From the NCBI GenBank assembly GCA_963665275.2, contig CAXXIN010000019.1:64001-128000 (forward strand): a stretch of DNA of 64,000 nucleotides, in the 5' to 3' direction. The notes below the pieces were generated by a model that was given only the letters and a program-made list of their open reading frames with translations, was not told the DNA's origin and did no database searches. The position numbers and the translations under genes are program-made. Of the stretch, positions 29,703-39,630 are shown piece by piece. Position 1 is the first letter of the stretch. Every line of letters begins with the position of its first letter. Source of the DNA: Negativicutes bacterium. Lineage in GTDB: Bacteria; Bacillota; Negativicutes; UBA1444.

Positions 29703-31664
29703 TCAGCCAATCCGCTTTGCAATCAAAACTTCTGTTCCAGTTGCGTTATAGACAAGCCGATCCGACAGCCTCCACATGATGGGCAGTCCCCGGCCACCTT
29801 CCGCACAGTCATCACCGATCTCGTCCGTCCCCATCCAACCGGCCCTGAGTCGTTGTAATACGCGGGACACATCAAAGCCCTTTCCAGAATCCTTGACACG
29901 AATGATTAGGCGCGACCCGATCCGGTTCAATTTGACCCTTACAACCGCCCGATTCCCTGCATCGCGCAACGAATTATTGATGGCTTCGTTAAGAATCACC
30001 TCAATGAAACCAGCTTGACCGCCAGCCGCCCTGCCCAACATCTCCCGCAGCCGTTGCCGCAAATACAGCAGTTCATCCGGTCGGGATATTTCAAAACAAG
30101 CCGGCCACACCGTGGCGCCGGAAAAGCGGAAACACAGAGCCGATGCGTCGTCTCTTCCAGAGTCGCCGGCTGCCCAGGATTGCAGCTCATTTACGGTTCG
30201 ATCGAAATCATGCAAATGTTTCGGTACGTCCTGCGCCAAGTGGTCCATCAGGCCATCCGTAACAAAATAAAAAGCATCGCCGGCCTGCACCGGCACCGTG
30301 CATTCAACAAAGTCAGGTTCGAAGCCAAGACCGATCAAAGAGCCCGGTGTCTTGACCACTCCGTGCATATGTCTCGCGGACGCCAGAAAACAGGTAATCC
30401 CGCCGGAAACATAGCAGAGAGTCATTCGCGATAAATCGATTTCAAAACACAAGGCCGCGGCGAACGCACCCTCACTGAAATATGCCTGGGACTGCCGGTT
30501 GACCCGCTGTAGGGTTTCTAGCGGCGACAAGCCTTCATCCAGCGCCTGGTGGAACAATACGTTAATGGCGGAAGTCTGTAACGCCGTAGCGATGCCGTGA
30601 CCCATGACGTCCAGCAGAAAACCCTGCAGCAATGTGCCGGACCGACTCCACCGATACCAGTAAAAATCGCCGCTGACCTCATGATGTGGCTGATAGATCG
30701 TCCGGATCTTCAGGTTCTCACGGTCGCAGTCAAGAGGCAGCAACAAACGCTGCAAGGATCCGGCGCGCTGCAGTTCCGACTTCATCTGCTCGCGCAGGCG
30801 TTTTTCCGCCGTCACATCATGCCAACTTCCCAGGATCAAGGTCCTGTCATTGAGCACGATATGGCTGAGCGTCCGTTCCACATCGATAATACGGCCTCCG
30901 CTGCAAACCATTCGCCGCCGTTCAAGCACAGGACCTTGCTCTCTCGAAAGGTGCTCCATCGCAAACCGTCTATCCACACTCTCACGTGAATCAACGACGA
31001 GATCATAGGCGGTTAACTCAGCCAGCTCGGCTTCCGAATATCCGGTCATCTCGCGAAAGCGCCTATTGGCCTTGATCAGATGTTTGTCGTGAATATCGAA
31101 CAGAGCCATCGCATCGACAGATTGGTCGAATAACGCCCTGGCATTGGCATCACTTTCCTGCAACGTTTCAAAAAGCATAAGGTTATCAAGCGCCAGCGCC
31201 GCCAATTCTGAGGCGCGTTCCAGAAAATCCACCAGTTCTGGCTCAAAGTGTCCGACCTCATCCAAAAAGGTCAGCCCCATAACGCCGACGATATCATTCT
31301 TCCCGCGCCGGACAGGCACGGCCAGAATCGTTGTAAAGCGAGAAAAAACCGCATCAGGATCGCGTTTTTCCCACGTCCGATAATCCTCAACCAGCAATGT
31401 TTTGCCAGTATCCCATACGGTACCTACAACCGCTTCCCCCCGCCCATAGGACTGGATATCCACTGGCAGGCTTTCATGGATACCGGCTCCGTACCGGCGC
31501 ACCATGCGATCTATCGCCGGATCATACAAAAAAAGAAAGCTATGATGGATATCTGAGGTTCGCGCCAACAACTTCAGGATGGACTGCAGGAGATCATGCC
31601 GGTCGATCCGGTTTAAAAGCCCCAGAGAAAATTCATGCAACAGTTGATAGTATTGATTCTGCAT
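29703..31664 (-). CDS. GAF-PAS-SpoIIE(PP2C) phosphatase fused to an anti-sigma-type HATPase
   Basis: GAF and PAS regions; SGDFY, DVMGHG, TDGL and DDAS phosphatase motifs; NEAINNS, KDSGKGF and EGGRGL kinase motifs. Start at 31664 or 31700. Confidence 0.85.
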   Translation of the reverse strand: MQNQYYQLLHEFSLGLLNRIDRHDLLQSILKLLARTSDIHHSFLFLYDPAIDRMVRRYGAGIHESLPVDIQSYGRGEAVVGTVWDTGKTLLVEDYRTWEKRDPDAVFSRFTTILAVPVRRGKNDIVGVMGLTFLDEVGHFEPELVDFLERASELAALALDNLMLFETLQESDANARALFDQSVDAMALFDIHDKHLIKANRRFREMTGYSEAELAELTAYDLVVDSRESVDRRFAMEHLSREQGPVLERRRMVCSGGRIIDVERTLSHIVLNDRTLILGSWHDVTAEKRLREQMKSELQRAGSLQRLLLPLDCDRENLKIRTIYQPHHEVSGDFYWYRWSRSGTLLQGFLLDVMGHGIATALQTSAINVLFHQALDEGLSPLETLQRVNRQSQAYFSEGAFAAALCFEIDLSRMTLCYVSGGITCFLASARHMHGVVKTPGSLIGLGFEPDFVECTVPVQAGDAFYFVTDGLMDHLAQDVPKHLHDFDRTVNELQSWAAGDSGRDDASALCFRFSGATVWPACFEISRPDELLYLRQRLREMLGRAAGGQAGFIEVILNEAINNSLRDAGNRAVVRVKLNRIGSRLIIRVKDSGKGFDVSRVLQRLRAGWMGTDEIGDDCAEGGRGLPIMWRLSDRLVYNATGTEVLIAKRIG

Positions 31665-31829
31665 ACCCACTGTCCTCTCGATCTGATCCAACACCGCCAA
31701 CCGTTGGCGTTTCTGGCAGGACTCCTTAATTTATTATCCTTTCTTGCCTTTAACCCCTAATTCCTGCAGAAAAAACTAGTAAAAAAGGGAAAACCTTACG
31801 ATTTTCCCTTGCAACAAACAATTGTTACT

Positions 31830-33371
31830 TTATTCCCACTCGATCGTCGACGGAGGTTTGGACGTTACATCATAAACGATACGGTTGACGCCCTTGACTT
31901 CATTGACAATGCGGCGCGATATTTTATCGATCACCTCATAAGGCATCCTAGACCAGTCAGCCGTCATCCCGTCCTCGCTTTCCACCGCGCGAATCCCGAT
32001 GGTGTAGGCGTAAGTGCGTTCATCGCCCATGACACCCACGCTTTTGAGAGCTGGAAGAACCGCGAATGACTGCCAGATTTTCCGGTAAAGCCCGGCCTTG
32101 CGAATCTCGTCAAGCACTATGGCATCCGCTTCGCGCAGGATATTCAGACGTTCGATGGTAATTTCGCCGATGATGCGGATGGCTAGCCCCGGTCCCGGGA
32201 ACGGCTGACGATGGACGATATCTTCCGAAAGTCCCAGCTCGGTGCCGAGCGCCCGCACCTCATCCTTGAACAGCTCCCGCAAGGGTTCTACCAGCGCAAA
32301 CTTCATGTCCTCAGGCAATCCGCCCACATTGTGATGGCTTTTGATCACGGCTGCCGTAGAAGTGCCGCTCTCGATCACATCCGGGTAAAGCGTACCCTGC
32401 ACCAGGAAATCCATGGCGCCGATTTTTTCCGCTTCCGCTTCAAACACACGGATGAATTCTTCGCCGATGATCTTGCGTTTGCTTTCCGGATCCGTTACGC
32501 CGGCAACGCGGTTCATGAAGCGCTCGGTCGCATCGACATGAACCAGATGGATATGAAACTCATCGCGGAAAGTGCGCACCACCTGCTCGGCCTCGTTTTT
32601 GCGCATGAAACCGTGATCCACGAACACGCAGGTCAGTTGGTCGCCGATGGCCCGATGCACCAGCACGGCAGCCACCGAGGAATCAACACCGCCCGACAGT
32701 CCGCACAGAACCTTTTTATCGCCCACCTGCTCCCGGATTTTGGCCACGGCCGTATCGACAAACGACCCCATGTTCCAGTCGCCGCGACAGCAGCATATAT
32801 TATACAGGAAATTCTTCAGCAAAGCGGTTCCTTCACGGGTATGAACCACTTCCGGATGGAACTGCACGCCATACAGGCGCCGTTCATTATCAGCCATCCC
32901 TGCCGTCGGTGTGTTGGAAGTATTCGCGATCACGCCGAATCCGGCCGGCGGGCGGACGATCGAATCGCCATGGCTCATCCATACCGGTGTGGGAGAGGAA
33001 ATGCCCTCGAACAGCGCCGCATCCACATCGATATTCAAGTCGGCGTGTCCATATTCACGGGCTTCGGCTCTTGCGACCTCGCCGCCGAGCTGCAACGCCA
33101 TCAGCTGCATTCCATAGCAGATACCCAGTACCGGCACGCCCAACGAATATATCCCCGCGTCGCTGCGAGGCGCCTTATCCCCATAAACGCTGTTCGGTCC
33201 CCCGGAGAAAACGATCCCCTTCGGCTTTTTCGCAGCAATTTCCGCCAACGATGCATGGTAAGGGATGATTTCGCTGTAAACGCCGCATTCCCGGATCCGT
33301 CGGGCAATCAGCTGGCTATATTGCGCTCCAAAATCCACCACCAGAACCAATTCTTCATGTTTGCCTGTCAT
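31830..33371 (-). CDS. guaA: GMP synthase (glutamine-hydrolysing)
   Basis: DFGAQY, GICYGMQ, QFHPEV, SGGVDS and KPPSTIEWE. Confidence 0.98.
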   Translation of the reverse strand: MTGKHEELVLVVDFGAQYSQLIARRIRECGVYSEIIPYHASLAEIAAKKPKGIVFSGGPNSVYGDKAPRSDAGIYSLGVPVLGICYGMQLMALQLGGEVARAEAREYGHADLNIDVDAALFEGISSPTPVWMSHGDSIVRPPAGFGVIANTSNTPTAGMADNERRLYGVQFHPEVVHTREGTALLKNFLYNICCCRGDWNMGSFVDTAVAKIREQVGDKKVLCGLSGGVDSSVAAVLVHRAIGDQLTCVFVDHGFMRKNEAEQVVRTFRDEFHIHLVHVDATERFMNRVAGVTDPESKRKIIGEEFIRVFEAEAEKIGAMDFLVQGTLYPDVIESGTSTAAVIKSHHNVGGLPEDMKFALVEPLRELFKDEVRALGTELGLSEDIVHRQPFPGPGLAIRIIGEITIERLNILREADAIVLDEIRKAGLYRKIWQSFAVLPALKSVGVMGDERTYAYTIGIRAVESEDGMTADWSRMPYEVIDKISRRIVNEVKGVNRIVYDVTSKPPSTIEWE

Positions 33372-33447
33372 GCGTGACTCGATGCCTCCTGCCATGTTTT
33401 ATATTTGGTCAATTATAGCATATCTATCATTAAAATTCAGCGTCAGG

Positions 33448-34872
33448 TCATTCGACAATTCTTTTGAGTACCTTCAGTGCAAACTGTGCATACCAGCGTT
33501 TGCTGACATCGATCAACCAGTGATCAGTCGCCCGCTGAATCCCATAGCCCCAGCTGGGATAGACATGCGGCAGGGAGGACAGTGTCCCCAGCCCATCCCC
33601 GCAATTCTTGGCCACTACGATTTCATTGAGCAAATCGGCCGCTCCCGAGCCCAGGATGTGCGCGCCCAGAATCTTGCCGCCAGGCGTGGCGATCAGCTTG
33701 ATCATGCCGGCATCTTCCTGCTCAACAATCGCCCGGTCAATGAGCGAAAACGGCTGCCGATACACGCGATACGTAAGGTCCTGGGCATCTGCCTGCGCTT
33801 CCGTCAGCCCCAGATGCGCCAGCTCCGGATCGGTGAAAGTAGCCCAGGGAACCCCCGCATATTCAGGGGCCCGGTCAACCGGCAGCAGAATATTCTTCAG
33901 GATGGTGCGTGACTGAACTTCCGCGATGTGGGAAAAACGATGAAGGCCGTTGCAATCGCCGCTGGCCCAGATGTGGGGAACAGTAGTACGGAGATGCTCA
34001 TCAACTTCGATGGCTTTGGACGTGTAGGCCACACCGACAGAATTCAGACCGAGTCCTTCTATATTGGCCCGACGGCCGGCTGCCACCAACAGGGTTCCGA
34101 CCAGGGCAGACGAACTGTTTCCTGCTGTGTCGACCGCGATGATCCTTACCTGGTCGCCGACCTTCTCGACTTTTTTCACCCGATGACTCAGGTGGAAGCG
34201 GACACCCTCATGCCGCAGAATTTCTTCCAGCTGGTCGGCGAGTTCCGCGTCATCCTTCGGCAAGATATGGGGACCCGGGTGAAACAAAGTCACCTTGCTG
34301 CCCAGGCGTGAAAACGCCTGAGCCATCTCGATCCCAATCGGTCCTCCTCCAATGATTCCCAACGACTCGGGGATTGCTGCGAGATCGAATACCGTCCGAT
34401 TTGTTACAAAGGGGACTTCCTCCAGGCCAATTCCCGCTGGCACTGCCGGAGAAGATCCTGTGGCGATTACCACATCATCGCCCCAAAGGCTTTTGCCGTC
34501 CACCTCAATTTCGTTCGCCGAGACCAATCGAGGGGAACCGAAAAAAATCTCCACCCCCGCCGTCTGCAGCGTTTTTACAGTCTGGCTTCGGGCGGCCGTA
34601 AGCTCTGTGAGCTCGCGCACTTTCGCCAGCACTCCCTGAAGATCGGGAGCCGCGTCGAGTGTGATTCCCCACTTCGCGGCACGCCGAATCCTGTGGACTT
34701 CCTTGGCCGCCGCCAGCAAGGCTTTGGAGGGAACACAGCCAGTCCAGGAACATTCGCCGCCGATCCGGTTTTTTTCGATGAGCGCCACCTTCAGTCCCAT
34801 GCTGGACGCTCCCATGGCTGCGACGATTCCGGCTGCGCCACCGCCAATTACCACGATGCGATATTTTTCCAC
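33448..34872 (-). CDS. Class I pyridine nucleotide-disulfide oxidoreductase (MerA/lipoamide-dehydrogenase-like)
   Basis: GGGAAG, GGECSWTGCVPSK, GGGPIGIE and ATFTDPE. C-terminal HVYPS; no MerA CC pair. Confidence 0.88.
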   Translation of the reverse strand: MEKYRIVVIGGGAAGIVAAMGASSMGLKVALIEKNRIGGECSWTGCVPSKALLAAAKEVHRIRRAAKWGITLDAAPDLQGVLAKVRELTELTAARSQTVKTLQTAGVEIFFGSPRLVSANEIEVDGKSLWGDDVVIATGSSPAVPAGIGLEEVPFVTNRTVFDLAAIPESLGIIGGGPIGIEMAQAFSRLGSKVTLFHPGPHILPKDDAELADQLEEILRHEGVRFHLSHRVKKVEKVGDQVRIIAVDTAGNSSSALVGTLLVAAGRRANIEGLGLNSVGVAYTSKAIEVDEHLRTTVPHIWASGDCNGLHRFSHIAEVQSRTILKNILLPVDRAPEYAGVPWATFTDPELAHLGLTEAQADAQDLTYRVYRQPFSLIDRAIVEQEDAGMIKLIATPGGKILGAHILGSGAADLLNEIVVAKNCGDGLGTLSSLPHVYPSWGYGIQRATDHWLIDVSKRWYAQFALKVLKRIVE

Positions 34873-34930
34873 GTGATTCGCCCCCTTTCACGTTCAGCTC
34901 TCTGATTCACAAGCAGGACGACTCTCCCTA

Positions 34931-35392
34931 TTATTGGGGCTGTTGCTCATACAGACTCTTGAGCCTCATATATCTTTTCCGATTAACTCCCAGATCCGAA
35001 TAGCCGACACGCGAGGCAGAACGATAATGAACCTGGTTGTCTTTTTCGCTGAAGAAAATCTCTACATCGTCCTTGAACGGGATGATGGGCACAGTAAACA
35101 CCACGTGCAGATAGTCCGGTTTCTCGGTCAGGATCTGTGCCCCGCCGAACTCAGCTACCGCCTGCTTTATGCGGGTTCTGGTTCGCTCCAGGCCGCCGGA
35201 AAACAGCAAGGGTTCCACCCGTTTCTCTGTCTGATCCGTCTGCGAAGAGACCGCATTGGGGGAGTCCGGCAGCGGCGCGAGAACGCCCTCCTTCACTCCG
35301 AGGTTCGTCGGTATGGCGTTATTTTTATGTGCAGCCAAAACGACGATCAGGATGATGATTCCTGCGGCAATGGCGGTCACAATCGTCTTCAT
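34931..35392 (-). CDS. DUF1499 family protein
   Basis: N-terminal anchor; PDSPNAVSS, FKDDVE and RSASRVGYSDLGVNRKR. Confidence 0.85.
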   Translation of the reverse strand: MKTIVTAIAAGIIILIVVLAAHKNNAIPTNLGVKEGVLAPLPDSPNAVSSQTDQTEKRVEPLLFSGGLERTRTRIKQAVAEFGGAQILTEKPDYLHVVFTVPIIPFKDDVEIFFSEKDNQVHYRSASRVGYSDLGVNRKRYMRLKSLYEQQPQ

Positions 35393-35450
35393 GCAGCCAC
35401 CCTCCCCCGATCACGTTATTTTCGCCTTCGCTTAGAGAAGTCTGGCCTAT

Positions 35451-36494
35451 TTACTTCACGAGAGGAATGAAATCGCCGTATCCCTGTTCCACCATTTGTG
35501 CAAGCGGTATGAATCGGAGCGAAGCGCTGTTCATGCAATACCGCAAGCCCCCCTTATCTGTAGGCCCGTCTTCAAACACATGCCCCAGGTGGCTTCCACC
35601 AACTCGGCTGCGCGCCTCCACCCGCTCCATGAACAGACTGTTATCCGTTTTGTTGACCACTGCGTCAGGCGAAATCGGCTTGGTGAAGCTCGGCCATCCG
35701 CTTCCGGAATCATATTTGTCCCTGGAGCTGAACAGCGGTTCGCCTGTAACCACGTCGACATACAGTCCTGGCTCGTGGTTGTCCCAATATTCGTTGTCAA
35801 AAGGGGCTTCCGTTCCGGATTTCTGGGTGACTTGATATTGCTTGTCCGTCAGTTTTTGCCTGATTTCCTCGGAACGGGGTTTCACATAGTTTCGCTCCGA
35901 CTTGGACGCCGCAACGGCATTGGCCTTCGCCAGCGGATCCTCATCCAGACTGGAGATATCGATGTGGCAATACCCGTCCGGATTCTTCACGAGGTATTTC
36001 TGGTGGTATTCTTCGGCCACGTAGTAGTTTCTGATGGGCGCGACTTCCGTAACAAGGTTCGTGGGATACTTCCGTTGTTCGTTGGACATCACCTGGTCGA
36101 TCACCGCCTTGTCGGCGGGATCTTTATAGTAGATGCCGCTGCGGTATTGCATCCCCCGGTCATTTCCCTGCCGATTCAGGGTCGTAGGATCGACCACTTT
36201 AAAGAAATAAGTCAGTAATGTAGCGAGGTCGATGCGCTGCGGATCATATTGCACGTAGACCGTTTCGGCGTGACCGGTATTGTTGTAGCAAACCTGCTCG
36301 TAGGTCGGATTCTCCGTATTGCCGTTGGCATAACCTACGTCAGCGTAAACGACGCCGTTCAGCTTGTCCAGATAAGCTTCCAGTCCCCAGAAACAGCCGC
36401 CTGCCAGCCAGATTTCGCGATGATTCGTATCGAGTGTCGGCTGCAACGGCCGATTGATTCTTTTTTCCTTATTGGTTGTGTTATTCGTGTCCAT
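35451..36494 (-). CDS. msrAB: Bifunctional methionine sulfoxide reductase MsrA-MsrB
   Basis: [15 protein letters not shown] and GYCHI; GWPSF, HLGHVF and RYCMNS. Confidence 0.95.
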   Translation of the reverse strand: MDTNNTTNKEKRINRPLQPTLDTNHREIWLAGGCFWGLEAYLDKLNGVVYADVGYANGNTENPTYEQVCYNNTGHAETVYVQYDPQRIDLATLLTYFFKVVDPTTLNRQGNDRGMQYRSGIYYKDPADKAVIDQVMSNEQRKYPTNLVTEVAPIRNYYVAEEYHQKYLVKNPDGYCHIDISSLDEDPLAKANAVAASKSERNYVKPRSEEIRQKLTDKQYQVTQKSGTEAPFDNEYWDNHEPGLYVDVVTGEPLFSSRDKYDSGSGWPSFTKPISPDAVVNKTDNSLFMERVEARSRVGGSHLGHVFEDGPTDKGGLRYCMNSASLRFIPLAQMVEQGYGDFIPLVK

Positions 36495-36667
36495 GGTTAA
36501 CCTCTTTCCGCAGCCACTCATGACTGCAACTTACGCGATGTGAAGATATTTTTCATCGTGAATCATTTTTTGATTCCTCTTTAATTATATACCATTGATA
36601 ACCATTTGATAATTAATCTCTTTTGCCATTTATCAATCGAATTCTGGTCATATTTTACAACGCCTAA

Positions 36668-36702
36668 TAAAAAAACCTCCGCCACAAATTCGGAAGTCTT
36701 TT
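36668..36702 (-). terminator. Terminator after arsS
   Basis: ACTTCCG-loop-CGGAGGT followed by a T run. Confidence 0.65.
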
Positions 36703-36716
36703 CGCCAGAGCTATCC

Positions 36717-37685
36717 CTATCCTACTTTATCCGTCAGATTCCCCTGGCAACTGCTGCCGGAACCGGCAACACAGGCGTAACAATGGTTCCCTGTTGCGAT
36801 TCCCTGCCCTTCCAACTCCGCTGCATTGAGCTGATTGATATTCAAATCGTTAGCAATTGGCAAACCCAAAACCTGATTGAAATCACAGTCGAATACTCTG
36901 CCGCGCCAGTCGACGCTGATCAGGCTACGGCACATCACCGCATCAAGATTGCAGCGATTAAAACTGCTTGCGAGCAGCTCCTGATAATTCTCAAGCAATC
37001 CTTGTTTCGCCAACTGAGCCCGGAACCTCCCAATCGGCATGTTGGTGATCGTGAACAACGTATGGAACGAAATTCCGTATTCTTTACTCAAGTGCTCTTT
37101 ATAGTCGGCTTCCAACTCCGCCTGCGGGGCCGGCAGGAAATTTCCCAGGGGATTATATACCAGATGCAGCATCAAAGTTGAACTTTCCATGCCGTATCCG
37201 AGCAAATTCAGCTTTTTCAAGATGCGAATATTTCTCGGATGCACGCCTTTTCCCCGCTGCGCCTCGACATTCTCTTCAAGATAACAAGGCATCGAAGCCA
37301 CAACCTCAACGTTATGTCCGGCAAAAAGTTCAGGGTATGTTTCATATCCCGGTTCTTCCAGAATGGCCAGATTCGTCCGCAGCAGAATGCGCCTCACCGT
37401 TTCGATGCGGCGGAGCCGCTGGATGAACTCCGGCAGATCGGGATTCATCTCGGGAGCCCCGCCCGTAATGTCGACTTCTTTCACCTTCGAACGGGCAATA
37501 AAAGCCAGCAGGTCTTCCATGACGGGCCACCCCATCATCTCTTGCCTGTCAGGTCCTGCTTCCACATGACAATGGCTGCATTTCAGATTGCAGCGATACC
37601 CCACATTGATTTGCAGACATTGCAGCGCCGCTCCCCGCACGAGACAGGTCTCTTCAGATGCGATACGTTCCCGAAAATTCAACAA
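36717..37685 (-). CDS. arsS: ArsS-family radical SAM / Cys-rich DUF3641 protein (TIGR04167-like)
   Basis: LQINVGYRCNLKCSHCHVEAGP, DITGGAPE, ASMPCY, LVYNP, MCR...DCDFNQ and HCYACVAGSGSSCQG. Confidence 0.9.
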   Translation of the reverse strand: MLNFRERIASEETCLVRGAALQCLQINVGYRCNLKCSHCHVEAGPDRQEMMGWPVMEDLLAFIARSKVKEVDITGGAPEMNPDLPEFIQRLRRIETVRRILLRTNLAILEEPGYETYPELFAGHNVEVVASMPCYLEENVEAQRGKGVHPRNIRILKKLNLLGYGMESSTLMLHLVYNPLGNFLPAPQAELEADYKEHLSKEYGISFHTLFTITNMPIGRFRAQLAKQGLLENYQELLASSFNRCNLDAVMCRSLISVDWRGRVFDCDFNQVLGLPIANDLNINQLNAAELEGQGIATGNHCYACVAGSGSSCQGNLTDKVG

Positions 37686-37697
37686 TGCGGTTTCTCC

Positions 37698-37985
37698 TCA
37701 ATCTTTGACAACCCTGACGTTTTTCCAGAAAGCGATATGCCCCCGGATCATAGCGGCCTCGGTTGATGGCTCCGGATAATACCACGCGGCATTCGGATCG
37801 GTCTCGTCATCGACCGCTACATGATAATAGCTTGCAGTCCCTTTCCAGGGGCATACGGTATGATGATCGCTCGGTTTCAGATATTCCATTTTCACATCCT
37901 GCTCCGGGAAGTACTGATTTCCTTCCACCTCAACCGGATGGTCAGTCTCAGCAATCAGTGTGTTTTTGAAATAGGCCTTTGCCAA
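37698..37985 (-). CDS. DUF427 family protein
   Basis: VEGNQYFP, TVCPWKGTASYY, AAWYYPEP and IAFW. Confidence 0.9.
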   Translation of the reverse strand: MAKAYFKNTLIAETDHPVEVEGNQYFPEQDVKMEYLKPSDHHTVCPWKGTASYYHVAVDDETDPNAAWYYPEPSTEAAMIRGHIAFWKNVRVVKD

Positions 37986-38013
37986 AGCAATCCCTTCTTT
38001 CTTTTCTGTGTTT

Positions 38014-38292
38014 TTATTTTCCGCCCGTCACCGTGCAGAAATATTTTTTGTCGAGGCCATACTCAGCTGTCAGCACACACTTGCCGCAGACACAGCCTTT
38101 TTCTTCCTCGATGCAACGGCTCTTTTCATACGCGCAATACATTCCCTCGAGGTTGTCTGTCTTGTCAATTCCTTTGATGAGGTCCATAACATTCGAAGGC
38201 ATCGATTTGATCTTGCAGGCAAAAGTATAGCTGGGACAGCTCATACAGATGCACTTGTGCATGTTTTTCATGGTTTTCGGCACTTTTTCCAC
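38014..38292 (-). CDS. DUF2769-like cysteine-rich protein (92 aa, 10 Cys)
   Basis: CICMSCPSY...YC..KSRC..KGCVCGKC...YFC. GTG start after GAGGAGG. Confidence 0.8.
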   Translation of the reverse strand: MEKVPKTMKNMHKCICMSCPSYTFACKIKSMPSNVMDLIKGIDKTDNLEGMYCAYEKSRCIEEEKGCVCGKCVLTAEYGLDKKYFCTVTGGK

Positions 38293-38320
38293 GATAACCC
38301 TCCTCATTTTCAGCCCGTTA

Positions 38321-38944
38321 TCAACGGGTGTTTTGATAGCGAATCCAGTCCTCATAGGTATCGATGTCATTTTTCAGCGGTAAATATTCAAGGAAGAATT
38401 GATAAACCCGACACCATTTTTCCAGTTCAGCGAGTACTGCTGGCGTTGACCACGGAATCGGTCGACGGAGCAGTTCGGACGCTCTTGACACATATTTTCC
38501 AGCGACTCCGAGCAGATAAAAACCACCGTCTTCACTCGGGCCGATCACTGCCGGACCTCTTGCAAGCATTTCGAAAGCTTCCACGATATCAGAGTAATTC
38601 AGCGATGGAATATCCGATCCGATCAGCACGATTTTTTCGCTGCCGTGGTTCGAGGCGTCGAGAAACGCGTTCGCCATGCGTTCTCCGATGTCTTTGCCTT
38701 TTTGCAGCTTGGTTTTTAGTCCGCGTCTGAAGAAATAATCCGCATCGGACTCCGGCGTGATAAACAAGAGCCGCTCCCACAGGTTTTCCGGCGCGCTCTC
38801 CCGCAGAATTCGATCCAGCATTTCCTCGTAAATCTCGGCGGCTTTATCAGGGCCGACCTCTTGCGCGATCCGCGTCTTGACCTGGCCGGGCTCAGGGCTT
38901 TTCGCAAAGATCAGCAGACTGCGGCGCTCGCTTGTTTCGTTCAC
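38321..38944 (-). CDS. TIGR04282-family transferase (rSAM/selenodomain-associated, CofC-like fold)
   Basis: FAKSPEPGQVKTRI, QKGKDIGERM, IGSDIP, GPSEDGGFYLLG and DIDTYED. Confidence 0.9.
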   Translation of the reverse strand: MNETSERRSLLIFAKSPEPGQVKTRIAQEVGPDKAAEIYEEMLDRILRESAPENLWERLLFITPESDADYFFRRGLKTKLQKGKDIGERMANAFLDASNHGSEKIVLIGSDIPSLNYSDIVEAFEMLARGPAVIGPSEDGGFYLLGVAGKYVSRASELLRRPIPWSTPAVLAELEKWCRVYQFFLEYLPLKNDIDTYEDWIRYQNTR

Positions 38945-39630
38945 TCCGGGCCTTTTCTTTCCAGCCGATAATAGCCGGCTTTTATTTTTTCCGCCGGGAC
39001 CCCCAGACGATAGGCCGTATAAGCCCAGACTGTTCGGTAAACGGCTTGCAGTTTCGTCTCGTGGACATATTTGCGAGCGCTGGTCGCCACAACTTCCGGC
39101 AATATCACGATCTTCCCCGCCCGCCGCATTGCCGTAGCCAATGCCGCATCTTCCATGATTGCTGTTTCAGGAAACCGTCCCAGTGCCGCAAAATCGCCGG
39201 CCCGAATGAACATGCCGCGGTCGCCGAATATCATGCGGGTCATTCTGCAAAACAGATTGGCGCCGATAGCCAAACCTGTGTAGAAAAAAGCAGAGGGGAA
39301 AAACTCTAACGAAAAGCCGCCGCCGATCACAGCCGGATCCCTCATCGCCGAAATCATGGCGTCGATTCCCCCCGGCGGCACCCGGCTGTCCGCATGGAAA
39401 AACAGGAGCAAGTCACCCTTCGCCAACGCCGCGCCTGCGTTCATCTGTATGCCGCGATTGGCGCAACCGATACGAATCACTTTCACGCCATAAGACTCGG
39501 CCAGCCCCACCGTATTATCCGTACTGCCGCCATCGACTACGATCACTTCGCCGCAGACCTGGTTCAGGCTCTTCAGGCAATCGCCCAAGTACCCTTCTTC
39601 ATTTAACACAGGGATAATCACCGATACCAA
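38941..39630 (-). CDS. TIGR04283-family GT2 glycosyltransferase
   Basis: SVIIPVLNE, VDGGSTD, RGIQMNAGA, FHADS, FGDRGMF, MED and TSARK. TTG start after GGAGG. Confidence 0.9.
   Translation of the reverse strand: MVSVIIPVLNEEGYLGDCLKSLNQVCGEVIVVDGGSTDNTVGLAESYGVKVIRIGCANRGIQMNAGAALAKGDLLLFFHADSRVPPGGIDAMISAMRDPAVIGGGFSLEFFPSAFFYTGLAIGANLFCRMTRMIFGDRGMFIRAGDFAALGRFPETAIMEDAALATAMRRAGKIVILPEVVATSARKYVHETKLQAVYRTVWAYTAYRLGVPAEKIKAGYYRLERKGPE

Noticed and set aside
31700-31860. Integrative element at the guaA 3' end, a known hotspot
   Set aside because: No integrase and no duplicated guaA tail in the window; only a small terminator-like hairpin.
33448-34872. Mercury resistance (merA)
   Set aside because: No C-terminal Cys pair, no NmerA domain and no merR/T/P nearby.
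36717-37685. Selenocysteine in ArsS
   Set aside because: The C-terminal motif is GSSC and the ORF has no in-frame TGA.
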